A DNA stretch of 64,000 nt from an uncultured cyanobacterium. GTDB taxonomy: Bacteria > Cyanobacteriota > Vampirovibrionia > Vampirovibrionales > JAGQHJ01. This document shows positions 38,307-47,773 of the stretch, in pieces. The DNA lies in NCBI GenBank assembly GCA_937922745.1, contig CALAJO010000005.1, positions 1,991-65,990 on the forward strand, read 5' to 3'. The position numbers were made by a program, and so were the translations under genes. The stretch's first letter is position 1, and the number at the start of each line of letters is the position of its first letter. The notes beneath the pieces were generated by a model. That model had not been told where the DNA came from and did no database searches. It saw nothing but the letters and a program-made list of their open reading frames with translations.

Positions 38307-39284
38307 ATGAAAAAGCTGCTCTCGCTCCTGGTCAGTCTGGTCATTCTGTCCATCATCTATACCCGTATCCCCATGGCGCAACTGCTTTCGGTCTTCCAGA
38401 GCAGTAACCCGTTTTGGATGGTCATCAGCCTGGGCATGTTCATCCCGCTAACGCTCCTCACCTCCTGGCGCTTGCTGTGGCTTGCCCCAACCAGCGCGGA
38501 TCTTGGCCTGGCGGAATCCACCCGGCTAACGCTGCAAGCCAGCGTCCTTAACATGGTGTTGCCCTCCAAAATGGGCGATATCATCAAGGCGGTCTTTATG
38601 GCCGATCGCGGCCATATTTCCCGTTCGCTGGCTCTGTCGATCGTGGTGTTCGAAAAGGCCTGCGACATGCTTTCGCTGCTGGTATGGTGCTTGGGCGCGT
38701 TGCTGCTTTACCCCAATAAGGGGCAAGGCCTTGGCTGGCTAACGCTGATGATTGCCTTGATGTTTTTTCTGGGCGTCTTTCTCTTGGCCTCCAGAGGCTT
38801 TGCTAAGAGCTTCTTTGCCTTGGCTTCCCAACTCGCCCCCGGCAAAATCGGAGCCAAGCTGGGCAGCCTGAAGGCATCTTGGGCCGAGATGCAGGCCTAC
38901 TTCTGGGGAAATCGTGCCCGGCTATTCAAAGTGAGCCTGCTTTCCATTTTAATCTGGCTGATGCATCTCCTCCAGATCTGGTTGTTTGTTCTCGCGTTGA
39001 ATGCCTGGGTGCCGTTTTCGGCGAACCTGGCGCTGGCGCCGTTGGCCATTTTAGCTGGCTTGCTCCCACTCACCTTTGCCGGCGTCGGAACGCGTGATGC
39101 AGCCATTATCAGCCTATATAGCGCTTACCTCGCACCTTCCGCCGCTGCGGCCTTGGGATTGCTCTGTACATCGCGCTATTTGCTACCCGCGTTGGCCGGC
39201 CTTCCCTTTATCCGCCTGGAACAGCTCTCCTTCACCCGCTCCCCCCATCTGCCAATTGAGGCGAATTTAAGCCATCCCAATTGA
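38307..39284 (+). CDS. flippase-like integral membrane protein (UPF0104 / lysyl-PG-synthase TM-region family)
   Basis: Eight predicted TM helices and sequence typical of UPF0104. Such proteins are commonly paired with GT2 Dol-P-sugar-synthase-like enzymes. Confidence 0.7.
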   Translation: MKKLLSLLVSLVILSIIYTRIPMAQLLSVFQSSNPFWMVISLGMFIPLTLLTSWRLLWLAPTSADLGLAESTRLTLQASVLNMVLPSKMGDIIKAVFMADRGHISRSLALSIVVFEKACDMLSLLVWCLGALLLYPNKGQGLGWLTLMIALMFFLGVFLLASRGFAKSFFALASQLAPGKIGAKLGSLKASWAEMQAYFWGNRARLFKVSLLSILIWLMHLLQIWLFVLALNAWVPFSANLALAPLAILAGLLPLTFAGVGTRDAAIISLYSAYLAPSAAAALGLLCTSRYLLPALAGLPFIRLEQLSFTRSPHLPIEANLSHPN

Positions 39285-39540
39285 ATCACCGAGTAGGAAT
39301 TGGCGAAATCATTTCCCACGGCCGAGCGCAGCGGCGCAGCCGCAAGCGAAGGCCGAAAAAAGGAATAAGGGTCGGTCCAGGGGCAGGAACAGGCCCTGAA
39401 TCCTAAGCAAACATCCGTGCAGATCGTGCCTTGTTTCCGGATATTCAAATTTCCATTTGATGGGGGACAAACGCTTTGATTAAAACCGATTACAATAGCG
39501 TTACAAGAAACCGAGAAGCAGTCCTAAAGGTCAACGGTGG

Positions 39541-40647
39541 ATGGAGCAGGAAGAGTCCTTTCAAAGTAAGCTGAATAAGTTCATTCAGGTGTGTTTGTGG
39601 ATGGCGTTTATCTTATACCTGATGGATCCGGGCATGCTGGGCCCCCGGCCCCCGGAAAGCCCCTTTGCCACCTATGCCTTTATGATCGACCCGTATTATC
39701 GTTTCATCAACTGGATTGTGACGCCCATTTACTGGGTTATTGGCGCGATGGGGCTGTATTCGCCTTACCACGATACCTGGTTTCCCTTTACCTCCGGTGC
39801 GGAGTTTGCGGCGTTCTGCCAGGCGCTGGGGTTTGGTTTTATCCCGGCTACCATTTACGAAGGCGCCATTAACTGGTGGGTTCCGCTCAGTTCCTTCCTA
39901 TACTGGCTTTTCCTGGGGCCGATGAACTTTGTGTACGATAAATTCCGTAACTGGGCGTGGAATATCATCATCGAGTACGTGTTCCAGCGGAAAAAGGCCC
40001 GCGAGTTCCAGCAGGAACTGGACAAGAAGAACAAGGACTTTATGCGCCTCAACACGCAGTACCGTCAGCTGGCGGAAGAGGCGCACTCGCTCAAGGATTC
40101 GGTTTTAACGGACGAATTGACCCAGGTCTTCAACAAGCGCTTTTTCCTCAACCGCTTGCAGCAGGATTTCGACCTGTGCCGCAAGGATCGGATGATGTTC
40201 AGCCTCATCATGATTGACATCGATTACTTCAAGCGCCTCAACGATACGTACGGCCACCTCGCCGGTGATGATGTGCTGAAGGCCGTTGCCGGGGTCATCA
40301 AGCGGTTCTCCCCGGATTTAACCTATCCCTGCCGTTATGGCGGCGAGGAGTTCTCCGTGATTATGCCTAAAAAAGGCCCTCGGGAAGCCATGGAAACCGC
40401 CCGCCTGATCCAGGAAAATACGCAGATGCTCCGTTTCCCGGAGATCGATCCCAAGCTGCGCGTTTCCGTAAGCCAGGGCATCTGTACCGTGGATTTTGCC
40501 AGCCACGCGTCCTACGTGATTAAGCATTACGATGATGTTATCTCCTATGCCGACCAGGAGCTTTACCGTTCCAAAATCAACGGAAGAAACCGAGTCAGCA
40601 CCCATACCGCCATGGACGTTCCGGGGCAGCAGCAAACGGGCGCTTAA
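39541..40647 (+). CDS. membrane-anchored diguanylate cyclase (GGDEF, motif GGEEF)
   Basis: Four TM helices plus a GGDEF domain with IDIDYFKRLNDTYGH and RYGGEEF. Confidence 0.85.
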   Translation: MEQEESFQSKLNKFIQVCLWMAFILYLMDPGMLGPRPPESPFATYAFMIDPYYRFINWIVTPIYWVIGAMGLYSPYHDTWFPFTSGAEFAAFCQALGFGFIPATIYEGAINWWVPLSSFLYWLFLGPMNFVYDKFRNWAWNIIIEYVFQRKKAREFQQELDKKNKDFMRLNTQYRQLAEEAHSLKDSVLTDELTQVFNKRFFLNRLQQDFDLCRKDRMMFSLIMIDIDYFKRLNDTYGHLAGDDVLKAVAGVIKRFSPDLTYPCRYGGEEFSVIMPKKGPREAMETARLIQENTQMLRFPEIDPKLRVSVSQGICTVDFASHASYVIKHYDDVISYADQELYRSKINGRNRVSTHTAMDVPGQQQTGA

Positions 40648-40702
40648 ACAAGTGCTATACTATAGATAACAGAGTGGCAGTAAAGGGTTAGGGGTTATTC
40701 GG

Positions 40703-42298
40703 ATGAACGAGGTAAATGTGCGTAAAAGCCTGATGGGCCGTGCTTTTTGGTTAAAATTGGCTTCGTTTGGTTTATTTTTCGGAATCGCAGGCATGCTTTC
40801 AAGCCTCTCCGCCGAGGCAGCCGATTTGATTGGTATCAAGACGGATTCAGGGCAGAAACAGGTAATCCTGACTTTCAGCGAAACCACCAAGGGAACGTTG
40901 ATGGCCCCGTTCGATAAGGGGCAGCGCCGCCTCATCCTGGATATCCCGGGGGCCTCCCTTGCCAGCCTGCAAGACAAAAAAGCCCTTTTGCGAGCGCTGC
41001 AAAACGAACTGCCTGAACTGGCAACCATCAGCCTGGATGAGTTTAATACCGGCGAATCCCTGGTGAGGCTGGTCATAAAGACACGCGAGCCGGAAATTAC
41101 GGGGGCGCTTATCCGCAACCAGGATAGCGAACTCGTGATCCAGTTGCTTCAGTCTCCGGCCGCCATTGCCATGCAGCCGGAATCGTATGTGCCGGTCAAC
41201 CATACCTCCACCAACCCTGAGGAAACCGCTCCTCCGCCTACCCTGTCTGGCCGTACCGCGATGGAGTCGGTCGATTCCACGGTTCAGCGAAAGCTGGTTG
41301 AGCATGAACTGTTCCGCAAGCAGATGAACATCCTGAACGACCAGATTGCCAACCTGCACAACCTGGTGAACGACCAGAACAAGATGATCAATCACCTGAA
41401 GGAAGAGCAGCAACGCCTGGTGATGAAAACCCCCAACGAGAAGGAAAAGGCGGAAATTGCCTCCCTCAATCGGGAATTGAAGGACCTTGAAAAAAGCTAC
41501 GACCAAATGAAGAAGATCTTGGAGTCTTATCGGAAGCAGGTTTCCAGCTTCGATACCCAGGCAACCCAACAGGTTGAAGGAAGACGCCTGCCCGAACGAG
41601 CCTCAACCCCTCCTCCGATAACAAGCGGGGCAGATGCCGCGCAAAAGGATTATCTCGAAGCCCAGCGGGCCGCGAACGATGGGGACATGGAGCGCGCCGC
41701 TCAGGCATATCGGCAGGCCATGACGAAAGCTCCCCAGAACAAGACGTATCCATTGGAACTGGCGTCGCTGCATATTCGGATGAAATCCTACAAGGAGGCG
41801 CAGCAGGTTTTGGAAGCGGCTTTGAAGACCCACCCGGACGACCTGGAAATCCTGAATGAGCTGGGAAAAGTGGCCCTGCTTCAGAAGAACGAGGCTGAAG
41901 CGCTGGATTACTTCCGCCAAGCCATCCCAGCAGGCGTGTTGAGCAACTACGCCAGCACATTGCGTCGGATGAACAAGCTGGATGAGGCCGAAGCCGTGTA
42001 CAAACTGGCCATTGCCTCCAGCCCGAAGGATAGCGATTTGCAATATAACCTGGGCAACTTATACCTGAGCAGAAAACGCTTCGCCGATGCCGAAGGCAAG
42101 TTCTCTGAAGCCTTAAAATTAAACCCGGAGTTTGCGGAAGCCCACTTCCACCTTGGCCTGGTTTATGCAGAACAGGGGAAAGGAACCAAGGCCATTACGC
42201 ACTTTAACCAGTACCTTAAGCTAATGCCGCAGGCACCGAACAAGTCAGAAGTCGAGAATTATATCAAGGGTCTCTCCAAGTCGGCCAAAAGCGGATAA
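40703..42298 (+). CDS. secreted AMIN-like domain / coiled-coil / TPR-repeat protein
   Basis: Signal peptide, then an N-terminal beta-rich AMIN-like region (VILTFSE...RLILDIPGA...VRLVIKT), a coiled coil and 6 or more C-terminal TPRs. Confidence 0.6.
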   Translation: MNEVNVRKSLMGRAFWLKLASFGLFFGIAGMLSSLSAEAADLIGIKTDSGQKQVILTFSETTKGTLMAPFDKGQRRLILDIPGASLASLQDKKALLRALQNELPELATISLDEFNTGESLVRLVIKTREPEITGALIRNQDSELVIQLLQSPAAIAMQPESYVPVNHTSTNPEETAPPPTLSGRTAMESVDSTVQRKLVEHELFRKQMNILNDQIANLHNLVNDQNKMINHLKEEQQRLVMKTPNEKEKAEIASLNRELKDLEKSYDQMKKILESYRKQVSSFDTQATQQVEGRRLPERASTPPPITSGADAAQKDYLEAQRAANDGDMERAAQAYRQAMTKAPQNKTYPLELASLHIRMKSYKEAQQVLEAALKTHPDDLEILNELGKVALLQKNEAEALDYFRQAIPAGVLSNYASTLRRMNKLDEAEAVYKLAIASSPKDSDLQYNLGNLYLSRKRFADAEGKFSEALKLNPEFAEAHFHLGLVYAEQGKGTKAITHFNQYLKLMPQAPNKSEVENYIKGLSKSAKSG

Positions 42299-42305
42299 CA
42301 ACGGG

Positions 42306-43055
42306 CTAGGCGCTGTGTGAAACGGCCAGTTCTCTGGCAAGCAGGGCGTTGGCTTGCAGATGCTGGATAACGGACTGCTCTACAATGCCTTTGGCGTAAA
42401 ACGGAAAAATCTGGTGCCCGCCTTCAAGCAGCGTCACAAAATTGGTTTCCGCCGGGATTGCGTTGTAGAGCCATTCGCTGTGGTTATACGGTACGGTCCA
42501 GTCGTAAGGGGAATGCAATAACAAGGTGGGCGTGGTAACAAACTGGGCAGCCTGCTGCACTTCTCTGAAAAGCATTTCCATTTCCCTGTAAAACCGTAGC
42601 AGAGCCAACGGCTGAAACCGTGGCTGCGGCAAGCCGGTATCCCAAATATGGTACTGTTTGCCCGGTAAAAACCGGTTAAAAAAGTTCTTCAGGTGGGTTT
42701 GGCCGTACTCCAGGTTGAAAACCGAACGAGCCGGGGTCGCAACCAGCGTAATGGACTGGAAGATATTCGGGTTGTGGCGGTTCAACACCAGGCTTAAAAC
42801 GCCGCCCAGGCTAAAGCCAACCAGGTGTATCTCACGTCCGCTTTCAGCAAAGTCATTCAATTCCTGTTGGCAGTGGGCCAGCATATCAATCCAGCTCACC
42901 AAGCCCAAATCTCCCGGTTCATCGCCGTGCTGGGGCAGGCAAACCCGGTAGGTTTCATAGCCTTCCGATTCCAAGGCAGTCGTCAATGGGGAAAACTCTT
43001 CAGGGTGACCGCGAAATCCATGAATCAGGAAAACCAGGGGGCGTTCAACTCTCAT
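42306..43055 (-). CDS. alpha/beta-hydrolase fold esterase/lipase
   Basis: HGFRGHP oxyanion region and nucleophile elbow GFSLGG. Confidence 0.7.
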   Translation of the reverse strand: MRVERPLVFLIHGFRGHPEEFSPLTTALESEGYETYRVCLPQHGDEPGDLGLVSWIDMLAHCQQELNDFAESGREIHLVGFSLGGVLSLVLNRHNPNIFQSITLVATPARSVFNLEYGQTHLKNFFNRFLPGKQYHIWDTGLPQPRFQPLALLRFYREMEMLFREVQQAAQFVTTPTLLLHSPYDWTVPYNHSEWLYNAIPAETNFVTLLEGGHQIFPFYAKGIVEQSVIQHLQANALLARELAVSHSA

Positions 43056-43355
43056 CCAATCTTAGGCCTTCAATTTCGATAGTAAACTATCGGTATTATG
43101 GTGCATGCCCTAAAAAGTTTCTTCACTTTATTGCTGTAAAAATATAGAAAAGTGCAACAATCCGTTTTTCAACCGAGCTGATCCTGAAAACACGATTGCC
43201 ATGCGCTTCATGCAGTACAACCGGACTAAATCTTACAAAATGTTTCATTTGTGCTTCACTTTTGCAGGCAAATCAAGTAGTATTAATAAAGTCCAATTTC
43301 TTCGATCTAAAAAACAACGCAATAACACAAAAAAGCACGAAATTTCAACAATGGA

Positions 43356-43384
43356 TTGAATTTCGTGTAAAACTGTGTTATACT
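43356..43384 (+). promoter_or_regulatory. near-consensus sigma70 promoter (TTGAAT-17-TATACT with TGn extended -10)
   Basis: -35 TTGAAT at 43356-43361, 17-nt spacer, -10 TATACT at 43379-43384 preceded by TGT, in an AT-rich region. Drives the zinc-ribbon gene. Confidence 0.6.
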
Positions 43385-43493
43385 GATTTTGGTTTTTTAG
43401 AAAGATCTCCTCTCTGGAATGGTATACGATTCTGAAGGGCTTTCTTAAAAAACGGTTGTAGTCACTAGTTACATTGGAGGCCCGGTTCAAAAC

Positions 43494-43835
43494 ATGTTAA
43501 CCGAACGTCAAATCGCATGCCAATCCTGTGGGCAAGAGTTTACCTTTACTGCTGAAGAGCAGGAGTTCTACTCGCAAAAAGGCTTTCAGGATCCCAAGAA
43601 ATGCAAACCTTGCCGTGACGCTGCAAAAGCAAGTCGTGGTGGCGGTGGTAGCCGTGGTGGCTATGGCAGTGGCGGTGGTCGTGGCGGATACGGCGGTGGT
43701 GGCGGTGGACGCGCTTACCGTCAAATGTACGATGCCGTTTGCGCATCCTGCGGTACCCAAACCCAGGTTCCGTTCCAACCGAACGGCAGCAAACCCATCT
43801 ACTGCCGCGAATGCTACCAGGGAAGCTCCATGTAG
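43494..43835 (+). CDS. zinc-ribbon protein with two CxxC pairs flanking an RGG/GGY glycine-rich linker
   Basis: CQSCG...CKPCRD and CASCG...CRECYQ separated by RGGGGSRGGYGSGGGRGGYGGGGGGR. RBS GGAGG present. Confidence 0.7.
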   Translation: MLTERQIACQSCGQEFTFTAEEQEFYSQKGFQDPKKCKPCRDAAKASRGGGGSRGGYGSGGGRGGYGGGGGGRAYRQMYDAVCASCGTQTQVPFQPNGSKPIYCRECYQGSSM

Positions 43836-43858
43836 CCTGGATTGCATCAATAGCATTC

Positions 43859-43889
43859 AAAACGCCCTGTCTGTCAGACAGGGCGTTTT
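43859..43889. terminator. bidirectional intrinsic terminator (13-bp GC-rich perfect hairpin flanked by A4/T4)
   Basis: AAAACGCCCTGTC-TGTCA-GACAGGGCGTTTT lies between the convergent zinc-ribbon and HNH genes. Confidence 0.75.
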
Positions 43890-43918
43890 AGCGTTGAAAT
43901 TCTATTTGGTGGAGCGAA

Positions 43919-44419
43919 TTAAGTTCCATAAAGGTATTTTTCCCAAACACTGTATTCTTTGGCCGTATTCCACTGCTTGGTAAGTTCGAAATAGGCAAAA
44001 TTAATCGGCCGCATGGGCTTGGAGCGAAAAGTTAGGCCCGCCTCTTCCGGGGTTTTGTTGCCTTTGCCCACGTTGCAGCGTAAACAGGCAACCACCATAT
44101 TCTCCCATTCGTCCTTGCCGCCGCGGGAGCGGGGAAGCACATGATCGATCGTCATATCGTTGCCCGTTTTTCCGCAATACTGGCAGGTATATTTATCGCG
44201 ATGCATCAGGTTTTTACGGGTTAGCGGCACATGCTTGTGCGGGATATTAATATAATGCTGAAGCCGAATGACCAGGGGCAGGGGCATATCCGGGTTAAGC
44301 ATCTTTCCGTTATGCTCTACCTGTACGGCTTTGCCTTTTAAAAGCAACACAATGGCTCTTCGCCAGGAACAGATGTTTAAAGGTTCGTAAGACGCATTGA
44401 GTAGGAGGACTTTTTGCAC
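43919..44419 (-). CDS. HNH endonuclease (small standalone, McrA-like)
   Basis: CQYCG...DHVLPRSRGG...WENMVVACLRCN...K HNH/zinc motif. Confidence 0.8.
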   Translation of the reverse strand: MQKVLLLNASYEPLNICSWRRAIVLLLKGKAVQVEHNGKMLNPDMPLPLVIRLQHYINIPHKHVPLTRKNLMHRDKYTCQYCGKTGNDMTIDHVLPRSRGGKDEWENMVVACLRCNVGKGNKTPEEAGLTFRSKPMRPINFAYFELTKQWNTAKEYSVWEKYLYGT

Positions 44420-44830
44420 CTTCGTACTGCTCCGTTTGTTTCTAAATACAATTATAGAGGGTAACGAAACTCTTGTCTAGCTGTATACGAGCGTTTTACG
44501 GGCTTTTGCTAAGGATCCTTAACAAATCCGTGAATCATGCATCCGTAGTTTATAACGGTTTGATATCGCTGGTGATGTCTCACAATTCATTTTGTTTTGT
44601 GCTATATTAGGTTGGCTCAATCAAATGGGCCAAACGCCTTCAACGATTTTTTTATGGATTCAAACTTGATCCGGGCAACCGGATGAAGCCATCGAAGAAG
44701 GTTACCGGCTGGTGCATGGCGTAAGGCCAACGAACCATGTCAGGGCGGGAACGCAGCAGCATTAAGTTGTACCCTGCGGGTATGTGTCCATCCGGTAACT
44801 GGAGATGGTTTTGTCTGTCAATCTGGTCTT

Positions 44831-44866
44831 TACGAATTAAAAAAGCCCGGCTTTATCACCGGGCTT
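44831..44866. terminator. bidirectional rho-independent terminator downstream of the GHL10 gene
   Basis: AAAAAAGCCCGG-ctttatca-CCGGGCTTTTTT. Confidence 0.7.
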
Positions 44867-44888
44867 TTTTATCAAATGAAGGCGGTTC

Positions 44889-47756
44889 TTATTGCGCAGC
44901 GTCAACCGAACTGACTTTTGCTTGCTGCGATACCTTTGAACTGGTGGAATGATTCGCAATCTGGTAGGTGGCGTAATTAATCATCCGAACCACTTTATCC
45001 ACCATCTGCCGAATGGTCTTGGACTGGAAGCCGATAATGGAGTCACTTTGCGTGGCTTCTTCCCACTGCTCGGCCTGCTGCTTCAGCACCCTGGCGTCAT
45101 CGCGAAGCACATTCAGCAGGTAATTCGATTCAATGGATTGGCTGCCACGTTGGCCCAGATCGTCCATCGCCCGGTTAAGGGTAAGCAGGGAGGTATGGAT
45201 CAACTTCAGGTTTTCCAGGCTGGGAATGCTGTTATGGCTATTTAATACGGACTCGACCATGCTTCGTGTCTCGGTCAGCAACTGGCTGCTGGCGCCCAGT
45301 GGGTCGCGATGCGGCGGAATGGTTTTCTTGCGCTTGTATGGCCCGGTTTGAAGCAACAGTTGCTTGTCATTATCAAATTGGGTAACGGCAAACAACGTGG
45401 TGCCCATAACGCCGGTTTGACGGGCAATCTCAAGCGTGTCCAACAGTTCCACGGCATTCAGTTTTTGCAGGGATAGGCCAGGGTAAACCAGGGTCTTATC
45501 CTCGCTGATATTGTGGACATATTGCACCAGGCGCTGCAACGAACGCGCACTGCGGCTGTAGGCCATCGGGCTTAAGGTTTCCACCCAGCCGTTACGCACC
45601 CACGTTTCCCAATCCTGTTGGATCATGCTCATCCGCTTGTTCCGGGCAATGGGAAACACTGCCGCAGAGATCTTCAAGTCCGGCTTGATCCGCTTGGTCT
45701 GGTAGGTTAAGTCTTTCACAAAGGTCGTTACCTGGAAGGCTTTCCAGGCGGCCCACGCCTTGTTCAGGTATTCGCTGGGCTGATCCAGGTTCAAGCCGGT
45801 TTCCAGCATAAAGCGATTCGCCGAAACCATTTCAAGCCCCATGGGTTCGTTTGGTTTTTGGAAAGGATAGCGGATGTAATCCAGTTGCAAACCATCCACA
45901 TCGTAGTTCGACACGATCTCGGAGAAGTAGCTGATGAGGAAATTGCGGGCCTTGGTGCTGGCCGGGCTCAACCAGTACTCGTGCTGCCCGGAAAGAACCA
46001 GCTCGCCTTGCTTTCCTTTCAATGCCTCGGTCGCCATATCCGGCCGACTTAAGATGGGGCCGGGGAAGGCGTTAGGCTGCCCCAGGATTTTGTTGTGGCG
46101 AATGTTCCCAACCGCAAAGACCCAAACCCAGGCATGGAGTTCCACACCCTGCTTGTGGGCTTCATCCACCGCCACTTCCAGTGGATCCCAGCCGCGCGTA
46201 AGTGGGTTTTGCTCGATAATGCGGCTGGGGTAAATGGGATAGCCGGCATTGATGGTTTCAAAATAAATAGTATTGAAACCGGATGCCGCGATACGGCGAA
46301 TGAGTTGGCGCAATCTGTCCGGAGAACCCGCCTCGACAATGCTGCCCCGGTCAAGCCAGATGGCGCGCCCTTCAATCTGCGTGGTCGGAACCTGGTCGAA
46401 CATGGCCTTCATCAGTACTTCTTTGCTCTGTTCGTACGCATCCAGCGCGATTCCCAGGTTATGCTGGAACCATGCGCTTTCGAACTTGCTCTTGGCCTGG
46501 TTGGATTGCTCCAACGCGCGCTTGAGGTTGTTATGGCGCTGTGTATTATTGAGGCTTTGGGCCGCCAGGAGGTTTACTTTATCCTGCAAGTCGGACAACT
46601 CGCGCATGCGGTCGTTATAGTATTCCGCCATGGCGTTTTGGGTAGCCACGTTCCGGCCGCTGGAAAGGCCTTGCGCGCCGTCAAACTCGTACAAGTCTTC
46701 CGGGTAGGATTCCTTGAAGCTTTCACCGCTGGCCTGCGGACGCGTGCGGGGTACAATGGTTCGAGGGACGGCCGCTTGCTGAATCGCAGCCTGGGGAATG
46801 GTTGCATTACCCAGATCCACTGAAAGGCCCGGAGCGGTAAACGTCAGCTCCTTGCCGGGGGCTGGCTTACCGGGCTGCGTGGCAAAGCGAGGCGTTTCGC
46901 CTGTAGGTTGCTTTTGCACCTGGATACTTTTGGGCTTGGCCGTCAGGGAATCCAGCAGTTTATCCACGTCCCCGGTTGTGCTGGGAGTGTCGGTTGCAAT
47001 TGTTACGCTGGATTGATTATTCAGTTCAGCAATAAAGTCCATCAGGACTTCTTCCGGCATGCCAGCGTTCCAGTTCCAATTCACCAGCATCACGTTCTTT
47101 GAAATTACCGCAGCCGGGATGGAATCTCCCCAAGTGGAGAGGGCAGGCTGGTTGGAGGAGATTTTGAAGACCATGGAGCCCACAGGCAGATACGTCTGCC
47201 AATCCCCACCACCATCTTTCGATTTCAGGCGCAGCGAACTCGTCAGGTATTGCGAACCTTCCGTGCGGAATCCCAGGCGGTTAAGGAAGCTGTCCATCGC
47301 CGGATTACCGTGCATCAGCATAGGCAGGATAATCAAGCGCTTGCCGGATGCAGCATACGACGAAACCAGGTTTAAAAACGGTTCCGGTGTCTCATCAAAA
47401 ACAGGAATAATAACGACATTTCCTTTAAATTTCGTTAATTCTTCCATTTGTATAGTTGTAAAATCCGGATAAATTTGTTTTAATGTATTAAGGAGGGATT
47501 GTTCTGTTCGAGACAACGGGAGCGATACGGAACCCGCGGCTTGTCCCTCTCGCAGCACCACGGCGGTGGAAGCGGATTGTTCACCAGCTTGTGCCGTCTG
47601 CATCATCAATACTGGCATCAATAACCCGAAGATCATGCCAAAGATAAGAAAAAGCGCTATAATTTTCTGTCTGATTCGGGTTGCCTGACTCAACCGTTTT
47701 TTAAAGTGCTGCTGCTGATGTTCCTGACTCATACTGCGACTATCCTTCCGACCCAC
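44889..47756 (-). CDS. membrane-anchored GHL10-family (YngK-like, glycoside-hydrolase-like TIM barrel) protein with long N-terminal extension
   Basis: N-terminal TM helix, a low-complexity linker, and a C-terminal region matching the GHL10/DUF187 pattern (GFNTIYFE...HAWVWVF...DGLQLDYIRYP). Confidence 0.7.
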   Translation of the reverse strand: MGRKDSRSMSQEHQQQHFKKRLSQATRIRQKIIALFLIFGMIFGLLMPVLMMQTAQAGEQSASTAVVLREGQAAGSVSLPLSRTEQSLLNTLKQIYPDFTTIQMEELTKFKGNVVIIPVFDETPEPFLNLVSSYAASGKRLIILPMLMHGNPAMDSFLNRLGFRTEGSQYLTSSLRLKSKDGGGDWQTYLPVGSMVFKISSNQPALSTWGDSIPAAVISKNVMLVNWNWNAGMPEEVLMDFIAELNNQSSVTIATDTPSTTGDVDKLLDSLTAKPKSIQVQKQPTGETPRFATQPGKPAPGKELTFTAPGLSVDLGNATIPQAAIQQAAVPRTIVPRTRPQASGESFKESYPEDLYEFDGAQGLSSGRNVATQNAMAEYYNDRMRELSDLQDKVNLLAAQSLNNTQRHNNLKRALEQSNQAKSKFESAWFQHNLGIALDAYEQSKEVLMKAMFDQVPTTQIEGRAIWLDRGSIVEAGSPDRLRQLIRRIAASGFNTIYFETINAGYPIYPSRIIEQNPLTRGWDPLEVAVDEAHKQGVELHAWVWVFAVGNIRHNKILGQPNAFPGPILSRPDMATEALKGKQGELVLSGQHEYWLSPASTKARNFLISYFSEIVSNYDVDGLQLDYIRYPFQKPNEPMGLEMVSANRFMLETGLNLDQPSEYLNKAWAAWKAFQVTTFVKDLTYQTKRIKPDLKISAAVFPIARNKRMSMIQQDWETWVRNGWVETLSPMAYSRSARSLQRLVQYVHNISEDKTLVYPGLSLQKLNAVELLDTLEIARQTGVMGTTLFAVTQFDNDKQLLLQTGPYKRKKTIPPHRDPLGASSQLLTETRSMVESVLNSHNSIPSLENLKLIHTSLLTLNRAMDDLGQRGSQSIESNYLLNVLRDDARVLKQQAEQWEEATQSDSIIGFQSKTIRQMVDKVVRMINYATYQIANHSTSSKVSQQAKVSSVDAAQ

Positions 47757-47773
47757 AGTTAATAAATGAGACG

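Noticed and set aside
40847-41569. 240-aa minus-strand ORF antisense to the AMIN/TPR protein
   Set aside because: Antisense artefact of a coiled-coil coding region.
43628-43720. Glycine-rich GGY/RGG tract considered as a simple-sequence or coding-repeat element
   Set aside because: It lies in frame within a short ORF flanked by two zinc knuckles and with good expression signals. Interpreted as a functional low-complexity linker rather than a repeat element.
46095-46823. 242-aa plus-strand ORF antisense to the GHL10 gene
   Set aside because: It is embedded antisense, and the sense frame carries the glycoside-hydrolase-like signature.
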